64,000 nt of DNA, taken from Ostreococcus lucimarinus. Taxonomy: Eukaryota. Position 1 is the stretch's first letter. Every line of letters starts with the position of its first letter. The notes beneath the pieces were generated by a model. It ran no database searches. It worked only from the letters and a program-made list of their open reading frames with translations, and was not told the origin of the DNA. Location: the NCBI GenBank assembly GCA_000092065.1, contig CP000594.1; one strand, given 5' to 3'. The position numbers and the translations under genes are program-made. Below, one piece after another: positions 11,052-20,948 of this stretch.

Positions 11052-11993
11052 ATGATGAAAGTCTTCGCATCACGCGCGAACGTCGGCGCGTGTACGACGG
11101 CGACGACGCGCTCTCGAACGACGACGACGATTCGCGCGTCGTCTCGCAAGTCCACCGGCGTGGACGCTGGTAAAGCGTCGGTCAAGGAGTGGAGCACGTC
11201 CAGGCGGAGCGCGTTCGTGGCGCCTGGTGCGTCTGCAATCTTGCGCACGATCGGTGCGGGCAGTGCGATGTTCGGGGGCGGGAAGGCGTACGCCAAGGCG
11301 CCGCGCGCGAAGGCGGACCCCTTTGCGGATGTTCTGAAGGACCCGGGCTTCCCGGCCGAATACCCGTTCGGAGAGAAAGAGATGGCGAGATACGACGAGA
11401 GCTCTGATTTTATCTTTTACTCTCAACCTAGATTCGTGACGCACATCGACGACGAAGCGATCGGCGCGTTGACGAAGTATTACGAGCGCTCGTTCCCACC
11501 GGCGAGCGAAGACGTGGCGATTTTGGACGTGTGCAGTAGCTGGATCTCCCATTATCCCGAAGGATACAAGGCTGGGAAGATTTCTGGGATCGGGATGAAC
11601 GAGGACGAGTTGAAGAAGAACCCTATTTTAACCGATTACGCCGTCCGGGACTTGAACGAAGATCCGACGTTTCCGTATGCGGACAATACCTTTGACGTCG
11701 TCACGAACACGGTGAGCGTCGACTACCTCACCAGACCTTTGGAAGTCATGAAAGAAGTGAGCAGAGTGTTGAAACCGGGTGGCACGGCGATCATGAGTTT
11801 CTCGAATAGATGCTTCCCCACCAAAGCCGTGGCCATTTGGACCGCCACGGGGGACTTGGATCACGTTTGGATCGTCGGCGCGTACTACCATTTCGCCGGC
11901 GGTTTCGAGCCGCCCGCGGCTGAGGACATCTCGCCCAATCCCGGCAAGACGGATCCCATGTACGTCGTCACAGCGAAGAAAATGACCGCGTGA
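11052..11993 (+). CDS. Class I SAM-dependent methyltransferase with a plastid-type presequence
   Basis: Methyltransf_11-like core ...ILDVCSSWISHY...FDVVTNTVSVDYLTRPLEVMKEVSRVLKPGGTAIMSFSNR... The N-terminus is Ser/Thr/Arg-rich. The true ATG is at 11052; the ORF-track start at 11049 is GTG. Confidence 0.7.
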   Translation: MMKVFASRANVGACTTATTRSRTTTTIRASSRKSTGVDAGKASVKEWSTSRRSAFVAPGASAILRTIGAGSAMFGGGKAYAKAPRAKADPFADVLKDPGFPAEYPFGEKEMARYDESSDFIFYSQPRFVTHIDDEAIGALTKYYERSFPPASEDVAILDVCSSWISHYPEGYKAGKISGIGMNEDELKKNPILTDYAVRDLNEDPTFPYADNTFDVVTNTVSVDYLTRPLEVMKEVSRVLKPGGTAIMSFSNRCFPTKAVAIWTATGDLDHVWIVGAYYHFAGGFEPPAAEDISPNPGKTDPMYVVTAKKMTA

Positions 11994-12104
11994 TAGATTT
12001 ATCATGTAGCACGTACGCACCACGCTTTGTTTGTTACGCATAGATTTCGACTTCCGCAAACGCCGCTCGCGCTCGCGTCGTCGCATACCTCGACTCTCGT
12101 CGAC

Positions 12105-12674
12105 ATGTTCGCCACGACTTTGACGACGCACACCGCTCGCGCTCGCGTTCAGGCGCCCACACGTGCGAGGACGCACTCTCACGCCGACGCGCGCGTCGTC
12201 CGGGCGTCATCCACGCCCTCGCGCGCTGTCCACGCCGCCGACTCGACCACCCGTCGACGCGCGTTGGCGTCCACGGCATCGCTCGCGCTGGCGCTCGTGA
12301 TGACGCCCGCGAACGCGCACGCCAAGGACGGTAAAAATGGAGTGTATTTCATCGAACCGCGCGGTGATAACCCCGTCGTCGGCCAAGAGTTCGTCGCCAA
12401 GTTTGGTGTGAAGGGTTACGAGCTCGCCCCGGCGTCCGCCGGGTTGCAAGAGGGCACGGGACATCACCACTTGATCATCGATGGACCGGCGTTCGTGGAG
12501 AAAGGACAAGAGATCCCGTTCGATGACACGCATTTACACTTCGGGAAGGCGCAAAAAGAGGGAACGGTGAAATTGAGCCCGGGCGAACACACGCTCACGC
12601 TGCAATTCGCCGACGCCAAGCACCGGTCGTTCGGGAAAAAGTTCGCAAAGCGAATCACGGTCGTCGTGGAGTGA
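12105..12674 (+). CDS. DUF4399-family protein with a bipartite transit peptide plus twin-arginine thylakoid-lumen signal
   Basis: The mature part (KDGKNGVYFIEPRGDNPVVGQEF...TGHHHLIIDGPAFV...HTLTLQFADAKHRSFG) matches DUF4399 as I recall it. The N-terminus contains ...TRRRALASTASLALALVMTPANAHA|KD, a classic RR plus hydrophobic plus AxA TAT-type lumen signal. ATG 12105 verified; 12027 is TTG. Confidence 0.65.
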   Translation: MFATTLTTHTARARVQAPTRARTHSHADARVVRASSTPSRAVHAADSTTRRRALASTASLALALVMTPANAHAKDGKNGVYFIEPRGDNPVVGQEFVAKFGVKGYELAPASAGLQEGTGHHHLIIDGPAFVEKGQEIPFDDTHLHFGKAQKEGTVKLSPGEHTLTLQFADAKHRSFGKKFAKRITVVVE

Positions 12675-12757
12675 TCGTCAATCGCGGGCCTTGGTAATTA
12701 TATTAATGTGTGTGTGTAAGCAGTACAGAATGAGAATTGAACGAACGACGTACGCGC

Positions 12758-13258
12758 TCAACGACGTTTCGATTTCGAGCGCTCGCCTTCGTCCGCGCCT
12801 CGAAACGCCGTCGCCGCGAGGCTCAGCGTCGCCGCCGCCGTGAGCCCGTAGCGCATCGGCAGTAACCATCGCGGGTACCCTCCCGCGCGCGCGTACACCG
12901 TGTCGACGCCCGCACACGCGAGTAAACCTCCCATGAGCGTCCCGCACGCCGCCACCTCGCTCGGCGCCGACAGCGCGGCCCACGCCAGCAGGCTCGGCGT
13001 CACCGACCACGCGTACCTCGCCGTGAGCTGCGCGGGCGTTGGATTCCAATGCTTCACCACCGTGTGCTTCACCGCGGCCAGGCCCCAGTGGATGCCACCG
13101 AGAAAGCTCAAAATCGTCGCCCCGTACGCGATTTGCGCTCGAGCGCACGTCTCGCCGCTCGCCACGGCGCGCAGACCGAGCGCGTCGCGCGCTTGCGGCG
13201 TGAGACCGACGAACGGCACCGCACCGAGCGCGCCCATGACGTGCGCCGCGTGCGCCAT
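12758..13258 (-). CDS. DUF3429-family small membrane protein (166 aa)
   Basis: Multi-TM hydrophobic protein with ILSFLGGIHWGLA, a motif characteristic of DUF3429. The overlapping 12678..13427(-) ORF is an Arg-rich artefact in another frame. Confidence 0.55.
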   Translation of the reverse strand: MAHAAHVMGALGAVPFVGLTPQARDALGLRAVASGETCARAQIAYGATILSFLGGIHWGLAAVKHTVVKHWNPTPAQLTARYAWSVTPSLLAWAALSAPSEVAACGTLMGGLLACAGVDTVYARAGGYPRWLLPMRYGLTAAATLSLAATAFRGADEGERSKSKRR

Positions 13259-13379
13259 GACGCGCGCGCGAACGCGCCGCGGACTGACGAATTCCGAACG
13301 CCGCGCCCGGGACGACGCGCGACGCCGTCACACGTCGACGCGCGTCGCGTCGCGTCGCGTCGACGCGCGGACGATCGCG

Positions 13380-14570
13380 ATGACGTCGTTCGAGTACATC
13401 GAACCGCGCACGCGCGTGGAGATTCACGGGATCAAGGCGAAACCCGAGCTGAACGGACGCGTCGGGACGGTGATGGAGTACGTCCCGGCGCGCGCGAGAT
13501 ATCGCGTGCGCGTGAGCGACGGCGACGACGGCGCGACGACGGGAGGAGGGAAGATGGAGGAGGTGTATTTGAAGCCGGATAACGTGCGGAAAGCGGAGAC
13601 GAAGGCGAAGGCGACGACGACGAAGGCGACGAAGGAGGTGGAGGCGGAGGCGGAGCCGACGCGGCCGACGGAGACGACGACGCGGGACGAGGTCGCGACG
13701 ACGTCTGAAAAGAGCGTGGATGAGATTTTGACGACGCAGAAGGCGATGGAAGAAATTGTGCCGAACCCAGACGCGGTGGCGGCGCCGATCGAGGAGATAA
13801 GAGATAGTGAGACGCTTTTGAAGGAATTCTTTCGGGACGTTTCCGACGCCACGCGAGACGCCGAGGTGGAACGTATTTTGTCTTGCTTCAAGCTGAATCC
13901 GTACGAGTTCTTAAACCTTCCGTTTGATTGCGAAAGGAAGGCGATTCCTCGCTCGTTTCGTAAGATTTCTTTGCTCGTACACCCTGATAAGTGCAAACAT
14001 GCGGATGCAAAGGCGGCGTTCGACGCGTTGGGACAGGCGCAAAAGCTTTTGCTCGACGAAGACTTCAAGCGCACCTTGGACTTTCACCTCGAGCAAGCGA
14101 AGGAATCTGTGCTAAAAACTTGGAAAAAAGAAGCCCGAGATGACGTGGCGCTTCGTGTGAAGTACGAAGGCAATAAGGAGGGGATGCTTGAAGACTTTTG
14201 CAAGACGGATGAATTTCACGAGCGCTGGAAGTACGAGGGACGCAACTACATCGTCGAATTAGAGTGGCGACGCCGTAAGATGGCGCTGCGAATCAAGGGA
14301 GAGGAAAAGCGGGTGACTGAGGAAGAGAAGGCTGAACTCGCGCAGCGTCGTAAAGAACACAAGGAAAAGAAAGAATGGGACCAAGACGAGAGGCGCGAAG
14401 CGCGAGTCGGCGGTTGGCGAGATTTCATGAAGGATAAAAAGGTTAAGAAGACAAAAACTGCGGGCGAGTTCAAGAGTTACCTAAAAACTGAAGTGAACCC
14501 GAGCAAGAAAGCGTTCGCGCTCGAAAAAGATAAAGTGCTTCGCCCTGATGAGATCAAGAGAGCGTTTTAA
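13380..14570 (+). CDS. J-domain protein, DNAJC8-like (396 aa)
   Basis: J domain NPYEFLNLPFDCERKAIPRSFRKISLLVHPDKCKHADAKAAFDALGQAQKLL followed by a Lys/Glu-rich tail, as in DNAJC8/SPF31. ATG 13380 verified. The upstream part of ORF 12900.. is artefact. Confidence 0.75.
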   Translation: MTSFEYIEPRTRVEIHGIKAKPELNGRVGTVMEYVPARARYRVRVSDGDDGATTGGGKMEEVYLKPDNVRKAETKAKATTTKATKEVEAEAEPTRPTETTTRDEVATTSEKSVDEILTTQKAMEEIVPNPDAVAAPIEEIRDSETLLKEFFRDVSDATRDAEVERILSCFKLNPYEFLNLPFDCERKAIPRSFRKISLLVHPDKCKHADAKAAFDALGQAQKLLLDEDFKRTLDFHLEQAKESVLKTWKKEARDDVALRVKYEGNKEGMLEDFCKTDEFHERWKYEGRNYIVELEWRRRKMALRIKGEEKRVTEEEKAELAQRRKEHKEKKEWDQDERREARVGGWRDFMKDKKVKKTKTAGEFKSYLKTEVNPSKKAFALEKDKVLRPDEIKRAF

Positions 14571-14595
14571 GATTCTCGCTAATTTGTATTGAAAT

Positions 14596-17430
14596 CTATG
14601 ACTTCTCTTCGCTAGTTTCATCAACAGTCACCCAACTCGACGTTGGATTCGCTGTTTGCTTCACATCGTCCTTCTCTTCTGTTTCCTTATCGTCTTTCTT
14701 CTCTTCGTCGGGTTGAACCGCCTGAGGCTTGAAAGCGTTTCGTTGCGCGGCCGTCAAACTCTCGCCGCGAGGCGGCGAAGCGATACCCGGTTTCGATTTC
14801 TTCAAATTCTCCCCTGACTCTCCCGGTGATGCATCGTCCAAGCCAGGTGGTGGACTAATGGATCGTCCCCGCTTGCCCAACTCACCGTGCGTCGGCCCAG
14901 TGTCGACTTCATCCTCGAACACCGAGTGCGCCATGGGCGGCGGCGCAAAGCGCGAACCTTGGAAGTGGAGTACGGGCGGACTGTGAACTGCAGCTAAGTG
15001 CGGAGGCTGCTCGACGCCCGAGTCTGGATCATCATCGGATTCGAAGTAATCTTCTTCATCTTTGCTCATCGAGCTATCACGCCTCGCGCGCTGCTCTGAG
15101 AGCGCCTGCGCCGCCGCAATTTCTTGTCTCCCGTACGCCGTGGGGGCAACTCCGGCAAGCATAACTCCCGGGGGAAGCTCGATCGTCGTTGCGCTAAGGC
15201 CTTGCTGGTATCGAAGCTTGAGCAATCTAAACGTATCGACGTAGTACACCTCTTCGAACCACTCTTCGTACTTTTCTACTAGATGATGGATCAAGTTTCG
15301 AATGTTTTCACGACGAATAAAGTCGATCAATTCGAGCACGGAGCTGTTCAACAAGTTGTACTTGTCGCCATTAATCTTGAAGACTTTCATCACAGGATCG
15401 AATGCATTCATTTTAATGAAGTAGCGGTTGTAGAACTCATCTTTCAGGCTCACGCACGCGCGCAAGAAACGAATGGCTGACACCACGACGTACTTTTCTT
15501 TGCGCTCTGTGAGATGAAGGACGTGCTGCAACACGTGATTCCTCAGCATGTAATACTTGATTCGATATTGATGATTCTGCACCAAGAAGATGAGCAGATC
15601 GACGATCTTCGTAAGCGCCCATGGAGGGACGCTCTTTTCGTCGGGCGTGACGTCTTCTTTGCCGAGGGTTATGCGTGCCACCACCGCATCCATGTGCTTG
15701 TCGTAAAAGATGTCCAAAAGTTTATCCTTGTCTGAGGACGTGCCCTCCATCGTCTCCGGATCCATCAAAAACAACAAAATTTCCAAGTACGTCGCCTGAA
15801 TTCCGTCGCTCCCGACAAGAAACAGGCGCACTAATTCCGAGAGCATGTTCCGCTCCGCCGAGCTAGCTTGTTGCACCATGAAGTCTCGAAGCACCGCTGG
15901 ATCGTTTTGCAAGCTAGACATGATGACGTCCGCGGCTTTTAACTGCGAATATTCACCACCATGAATTAAGATGTCCGTCAACACGTCAAACAGCCCGTGG
16001 TTTTGCAGAGTTGAAAATACTTGCAAACGCGAGGCGTTTTGCAGGTGCCTCGCCAGAGTGCACAACTCTTGAAGGAATCCTACCAGGTCGTTCCAGTCTT
16101 CATCGCCGGGTTTGGACGCTTTTAACCTTTTGAATAACTCCCCGAAGAATTCTGGATCTCGATGGAGCTCTTGCACCACCTCGACGTTGTTACACATCAT
16201 CATCGACGTGAGCGTGCTAAACGCCGAGTCGTCGAGTGCACGAGGAAGAATGACATCTTTGAGATACCCTAAACGGCACGTCTGATGGATTTTCTCGCGA
16301 ATCATCGTATTTGTGATCGGTACCACCTCTTTAAAGGCGACATTTTTCTTTAAAAACTGTCGATGATGAACCCGCTCGATTTGGTCCGGGTCGTACTCCA
16401 ACGCGCCCACGAAGTCGAATACAAATTCTTCGCTCAGTAACGTTTCGTACAGACTCGGATCGTTCAGCATCACCATCGCCCTGAATATGGCGTAGAACAA
16501 ATGCAAGTTCTCGATGTCGTCCACGTCTTCGCACTGCCTGAATAGCTCGAATAGCCTGGGCAGATACTCTTTCGATTTCAAAATTTGCATCGGGATGCGC
16601 TCTCGAGCAAACAGCGAGCTCCCCGAGATGAGGTTGTAAAGCTGCTCCAAATTCTTCGTCTCGGGCTCGGGAAGTTCTATTTGCACGTCACGTTGCAGTC
16701 CTATGTATCTCACGCCGCCTTGCGCCTCGACGGCCTGAAACTGAAGCAGCTCTGACCCGACGTCCATCGCCGCCACCTTGGAACCGTCCTCCAAAGGCAA
16801 TCCTCCCGCGAGCTGCTCCACATCACCACCAGTCTGCTGCATGTACGCCCTCTGTACCGATTTGATCTGTTCCCAAATAAAGTTACATCCCATCCCTTCC
16901 TGAAAGCTCAGCGCTATGTCCGTCTCGAGCTCGGCGTCGACCCAGGAAATAATGGTCTCGTCCTCTTGTCTCGAGTAAAATCCCACCTCAGGCGATATCG
17001 CGTGCACTAAAAGCGGTTCTTGACTGTGTTCAGACATCACCACCAACCCAACCGATCCCGATTGCTGCGGAATCGCGAGAGACCCGTCAGTCGCGTCGTC
17101 TACGCGCGCGCGCCAGTCGTTCATTCGCACCTCCATGTACTCGCACGACGCGAACCCCGTGCCTTTATCGTCCCAATGTCCTCGGTCGTTCAGCCTGTAC
17201 AGCTTCACCCGCGCCATGGCGTTCCTTTTCTCTCCATCTTGCGCCGAAATCACCGAGCCCGGAACGTCGAGGTCGTCCGCCGCGTCGCCTCGCCGCGCCA
17301 CCAGAATCGTCTCCTCTTCCCTCGCGTCCCCCACCGTCGCGTCCGCCGCCGTCGTCGACGCCTCGATCGCGTCTCGCGCGTCGTCATCCCCGCCTTCATC
17401 CGCGCCGTCCATCGCGTCTGAATTCTCCAT
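14596..17430 (-). CDS. Protein phosphatase 4 regulatory subunit 3 (SMEK/Psy2/Falafel family), single exon
   Basis: N-terminal EVH1-like RVKLYRLNDRGHWDDKGTGFASCEY... followed by a long armadillo/HEAT-like region typical of PP4R3. The true ATG is at 17430; the ORF-track start at 17436 is GTG. Confidence 0.75.
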   Translation of the reverse strand: MENSDAMDGADEGGDDDARDAIEASTTAADATVGDAREEETILVARRGDAADDLDVPGSVISAQDGEKRNAMARVKLYRLNDRGHWDDKGTGFASCEYMEVRMNDWRARVDDATDGSLAIPQQSGSVGLVVMSEHSQEPLLVHAISPEVGFYSRQEDETIISWVDAELETDIALSFQEGMGCNFIWEQIKSVQRAYMQQTGGDVEQLAGGLPLEDGSKVAAMDVGSELLQFQAVEAQGGVRYIGLQRDVQIELPEPETKNLEQLYNLISGSSLFARERIPMQILKSKEYLPRLFELFRQCEDVDDIENLHLFYAIFRAMVMLNDPSLYETLLSEEFVFDFVGALEYDPDQIERVHHRQFLKKNVAFKEVVPITNTMIREKIHQTCRLGYLKDVILPRALDDSAFSTLTSMMMCNNVEVVQELHRDPEFFGELFKRLKASKPGDEDWNDLVGFLQELCTLARHLQNASRLQVFSTLQNHGLFDVLTDILIHGGEYSQLKAADVIMSSLQNDPAVLRDFMVQQASSAERNMLSELVRLFLVGSDGIQATYLEILLFLMDPETMEGTSSDKDKLLDIFYDKHMDAVVARITLGKEDVTPDEKSVPPWALTKIVDLLIFLVQNHQYRIKYYMLRNHVLQHVLHLTERKEKYVVVSAIRFLRACVSLKDEFYNRYFIKMNAFDPVMKVFKINGDKYNLLNSSVLELIDFIRRENIRNLIHHLVEKYEEWFEEVYYVDTFRLLKLRYQQGLSATTIELPPGVMLAGVAPTAYGRQEIAAAQALSEQRARRDSSMSKDEEDYFESDDDPDSGVEQPPHLAAVHSPPVLHFQGSRFAPPPMAHSVFEDEVDTGPTHGELGKRGRSISPPPGLDDASPGESGENLKKSKPGIASPPRGESLTAAQRNAFKPQAVQPDEEKKDDKETEEKDDVKQTANPTSSWVTVDETSEEKS

Positions 17431-17738
17431 CGCCACGACGTCGCGTCGACGCAGATTTCAATCGCCTCGAATCTTTCCTCGTCTCCGCGCGCGTCGCGCG
17501 GAGACCGAGCGTTCGTCTCCCGCGCGCCGGACGCGCTCGATCGCGCGTCGCGCGGTGCCAACCGTTCGTCTCCGCGCGTTCGCCGTCGCGTCGCGCGAAC
17601 GCGCGCCCGCGCGGTCGCGTCGCGCGTCGACGTCTGCGCGCGCGCGGCGCGCATTCGCGCGACGCCTCGACCCGAAACATAAAAAAAAATCACGAAAAGT
17701 CTCGCACCGTCGCGCGCGCGAACGGTATCAAAAAGTAG

Positions 17739-17844
17739 TGACAATGACGGGATTTGAACCCGCGCGCGTGAGCAGTGGAAAGTTTCGCGCGTCGATCCGC
17801 GTGCGGCCTAAATCCACCCCCTTAGACCACTCGGGCACATTGTC
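17739..17844 (-). tRNA. tRNA-Leu(UAG) with an approximately 26-nt intron in the anticodon loop
   Basis: Reverse complement: GACAATG/CATTGTC acceptor, D loop GAGTGGTCTAAG (Leu type), anticodon stem GTGGA/TCCAC, loop TTTAGG + intron (CCGCACGCGGATCGACGCGCGAAACT) + T, long variable arm, T arm GCGGG-TTCAAAT-CCCGT, discriminator A, then a T5 terminator. Confidence 0.85.
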
Positions 17845-18180
17845 GCGCGGTCGGCGGGCGCGCCGGCGTCGTCGCGCGAGGCGCGGATGGGGGTTAAGAG
17901 GGCGCGCGGTCGCGCGCGGCGGCGCGCGGGACTCGAGACCGAGCGAACGCGCGCGACGGTCGCGCGTGAGGATCGAGCGTTGGATACACGCGCGCTACGT
18001 GCTAATGATGATCTACGAGGGCGAGACGGGGACGAAGGACGATCACGGCGACGGCGGCGCGGCGGAGACTTTGGCGGCGCGCGACGCGGGGTCGAGCGCG
18101 GCCGCCTTCTTCAGAGCCTTCTCCACGCCCTGGATCAATCTGGCGTTTTTCTGCGAGTCCGTGGAACGACGCGCGCGGCG

Positions 18181-18517
18181 TCAGTCGTCGAGTTTCGCGC
18201 GCGGGCGGCGCGCGAGCGAAGGATGCGAGCGTCGCGCGTCGACGGCGCGCACCAGGGCGTTGCGTTGGCGCGTTTGGGACATCTTCGCGAACGCGTGCGT
18301 CTTCCAGATGATCCCGCCTGCGCGCGAGCGACCGCGCGTGACGCGCGCGATGCGTCAGTCGATGATCGCGTTCGGCGCTCGCGCGTCTCGGCGCGCGCGT
18401 CGGGCGCCAGCGGTCGCGCGCGATCGAGTCGAGGTCGAATCCAGCGGTGCGCGCGCGCGACGTACCTCGCGCGAACGGGCCTTTCTTGACCGCCATGAGC
18501 ACGAACGAGGTGAACAT
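18181..18517 (-). CDS. Putative small two-exon gene (62 aa): exons 18466..18517 and 18181..18317. Weak resemblance to ribosomal protein bL35.
   Basis: ATG 18517: ...MFTSFVLMAVKKGPFAR|GTACGT donor. The 148-nt intron contains CTGAC 37 nt before a CGCGCAG acceptor. Spliced product: MFTSFVLMAVKKGPFARGGIIWKTHAFAKMSQTRQRNALVRAVDARRSHPSLARRPRAKLDD*. KKGPF...G.G...W/KxxHAF is reminiscent of bL35 (KKRFKxTGxGK...RHAF). Confidence 0.3.
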
Positions 18518-18781
18518 GGCGTCGACGAACGCGTCGACGCGCGCGCGTGCGTCGCGCGCGACGTCGCGCGGGACGGTGCGGGACAGCGCGCGACAGTGCG
18601 GGACGGTGTTCGAGGACGGCAAAGGGCGCTCGTCCAGTCGTCGCGCGGGCAAAAAAATGCCGAGACCTACAACATCGACTTGTCTATTGCAGTTTCTATT
18701 GCGGATTCGAGTCGCCCCGTGTCGTGACCGTCGCGGCGCTGAAGCTTACGGTTTCTTTCCTACACGATGTAACAATGACTT

Positions 18782-19564
18782 CTATTCTAGGCCGAGTCCG
18801 AGGATTTCGGCCGACTCGCGCGTCAATTCTGCGATCCGCACGCGCCCTTTCTCGGTGATGAAAGCCGCCACGCGTTCCATCTCTTCGCGCGAGACGTAAA
18901 TGAACGTCCCGCGGTCGTCCATGATGCCCGTGATTCGCCCCTCGGCTTCGAGCATTCGCACGCGCCGCACGGCGTCGGCGGTTCGCAAGCCAAATTTGGC
19001 GGCTAGTTCCTCCAAAACGACCACTTTTTTCGTCTTGATCTCGTCGGCAAACGCAACGAGCGCTTCCTCAGACTCATTTGCGGACGTCTCGTCCGCGGAA
19101 CTCGCCTCTTTGCCGCCGAATAATCCCCTCCGAGTCCCGCGCTGCTTGTCCTCCAGTCGACGCCGCTCCGCGCGCGCGGCGGCGGCGGCTTCCATCTCCG
19201 CCCTATCCTTCGCCTCGCGCTCGGCCCACTTTCTCCTATACTTTTCCTCTTTCTGTTCCTTCCACGTCAGCCCTCGCTGCTCGCGCTGCGCCGCCGCTTC
19301 GGCCTCCGCCTCCGCCTCGGCGCGCGCGCGCATCGCATCCGCCTCGCCGTTCGCGTCTTCATCCCTCCCTCGTCGTCTCCGCGCCCCCCCCCCGCGCGCC
19401 TGACCACGTCGCGCGCCTCCTCCGCCGTCGTCGTGCGCGTCTGCCTCCTCCAGCGTCGCTCTCATCCGCGCCTCGTGCGCGCGCCCGAGCACCAGCACCG
19501 AAGTCACGCCGAGCGCGAACAGCACCACGAACGCCACCAGCGCGCTCACCAGCGCGCGATCCAT
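18782..19564 (-). CDS. DDRGK1: DDRGK domain-containing protein 1 (UFM1-pathway ER protein), single exon
   Basis: N-terminal TM helix, charged coiled-coil region, then a C-terminal DDRGK/PCI-like region ...VVVLEELAAKFGLRTADAVRRVRMLEAEGRITGIMDDRGTFIYVSREEMERVAAFITEKGRVRIAEL. ATG 19564 and TAG 18782 verified. Confidence 0.85.
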   Translation of the reverse strand: MDRALVSALVAFVVLFALGVTSVLVLGRAHEARMRATLEEADAHDDGGGGARRGQARGGGARRRRGRDEDANGEADAMRARAEAEAEAEAAAQREQRGLTWKEQKEEKYRRKWAEREAKDRAEMEAAAAARAERRRLEDKQRGTRRGLFGGKEASSADETSANESEEALVAFADEIKTKKVVVLEELAAKFGLRTADAVRRVRMLEAEGRITGIMDDRGTFIYVSREEMERVAAFITEKGRVRIAELTRESAEILGLGLE

Positions 19565-19780
19565 GACGTGCGACCTTTTCGCCCTTCCCTCGCGCGCCCG
19601 CGGGTCGCGCCGCGCGCCGCGCGTCGTCCACTGGCGTCGTTCGCGCGGATTCGGAGACGCGATGGTGGCGCGAACGACCGTGCCTAGGGTTTTGTTTTAC
19701 ACTACTGTAGACCCACGAACGCCATCAAGGGTTTTTATCGGCACCGCGCGACACGTCCGCCGGGACGTCGCACATCGGCG

Positions 19781-19820
<40 letters not shown>

Positions 19821-19831
19821 GCACCTCAGGC

Positions 19832-20704
19832 ATGTCCGGCATCGCGCGCGCGCCGACGCGCGCCCGCGCGCCCGCGTCGTCGTCGTCGTCGTCGCGGGAC
19901 GGCGCGCGACGACGCGCCCCGACGCGCGCGCGACGCGACCGCGCGCGCGCCTCGCGCGTCGTCGCGCGCGCGTCCGCGCCGGCGACGGAGTCGTACTCGT
20001 TCTTCAACCTCGCCCGGGCGGAGTTCCCGGAAAACTGGCGCGAGCCCGCGGTGAAGGTGCGGTACGAGGACTCGGCGCTGGACCTGGCGCTCATGGCGTG
20101 GTTCATGGCGAAGATCGGCGCGGCTATCGACGCGCCGAAACCGAAAGAGATATCGTACGACGAGTTCATCGCGCTGTGTTTCTTGCAGATGAAAGGACGA
20201 GACGCGGTAGGGATGGGTGACGTGACGGCGGGGGTGATTCGGTCGCTGGTGCCGCCGGGAGGGAACGCGGCGTTCAGGGCGCTGTTCCCGCCGAATCGAT
20301 TTTCTTGCGAGCTCAACGCGACGATCACGAAAATCGTGTTCGCGTGGATGGTGGGACCGATGGAGGTGGAAACGACCACGGAGAATGATCTTGGGATCGA
20401 GATGGCGTCCAAGGTGCACATAAAGAAGTGTCGGTGGCTTCAAGAGAGCGGGTGCACGGCGATGTGCGTGAACATGTGCAAGTGCGCAACGCAAGAAGTT
20501 TTCACGGACGATTTCGGGTTGCCGCTCACCATCAAGCCGAATTTTGAAAACAAAAGTTGCGATTTCTACTTTGGACTCACACCACCGCCGATTGAAAAGG
20601 ATGAAGCGTTGTTGTTCGGATGCAATGCGTTGTGCGCGACGGCGGCGCCGGATTCGGAAGGCACGCCGTGTCATAAACTCCGTCCGTACGAAGGAGAGCT
20701 TTAG
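19832..20704 (+). CDS. D27-like beta-carotene isomerase family protein (DUF4033), plastid presequence
   Basis: C-terminal KKCRWLQESGCTAMCVNMCKCATQEVFTDDFGLPLTIKPNFENKSCDFYFGLTPPP closely matches the D27/DUF4033 signature. The N-terminus is Ser/Arg-rich. ATG 19832 verified. Confidence 0.8.
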   Translation: MSGIARAPTRARAPASSSSSSRDGARRRAPTRARRDRARASRVVARASAPATESYSFFNLARAEFPENWREPAVKVRYEDSALDLALMAWFMAKIGAAIDAPKPKEISYDEFIALCFLQMKGRDAVGMGDVTAGVIRSLVPPGGNAAFRALFPPNRFSCELNATITKIVFAWMVGPMEVETTTENDLGIEMASKVHIKKCRWLQESGCTAMCVNMCKCATQEVFTDDFGLPLTIKPNFENKSCDFYFGLTPPPIEKDEALLFGCNALCATAAPDSEGTPCHKLRPYEGEL

Positions 20705-20948
20705 AAGATCACGCGTCTCGTTGGTTGTGTAATAGTAAACGTTAGTAAGCGCGCGCGCACATGATGCGAAGTCGACGTATGGTTATATCTTGCATGACTA
20801 AGGAATTATCTAAATTGTATGACGAGCCTGTTTCAAAACTCACGCTGAAACGGAAAAAATTATGACATGAATATGGATGGTACAGTGGGCAGGTGATGTG
20901 GATGGTACAGTGGGTAGGTGAAAACATCATCGCATCTTAAGCTCGTAG

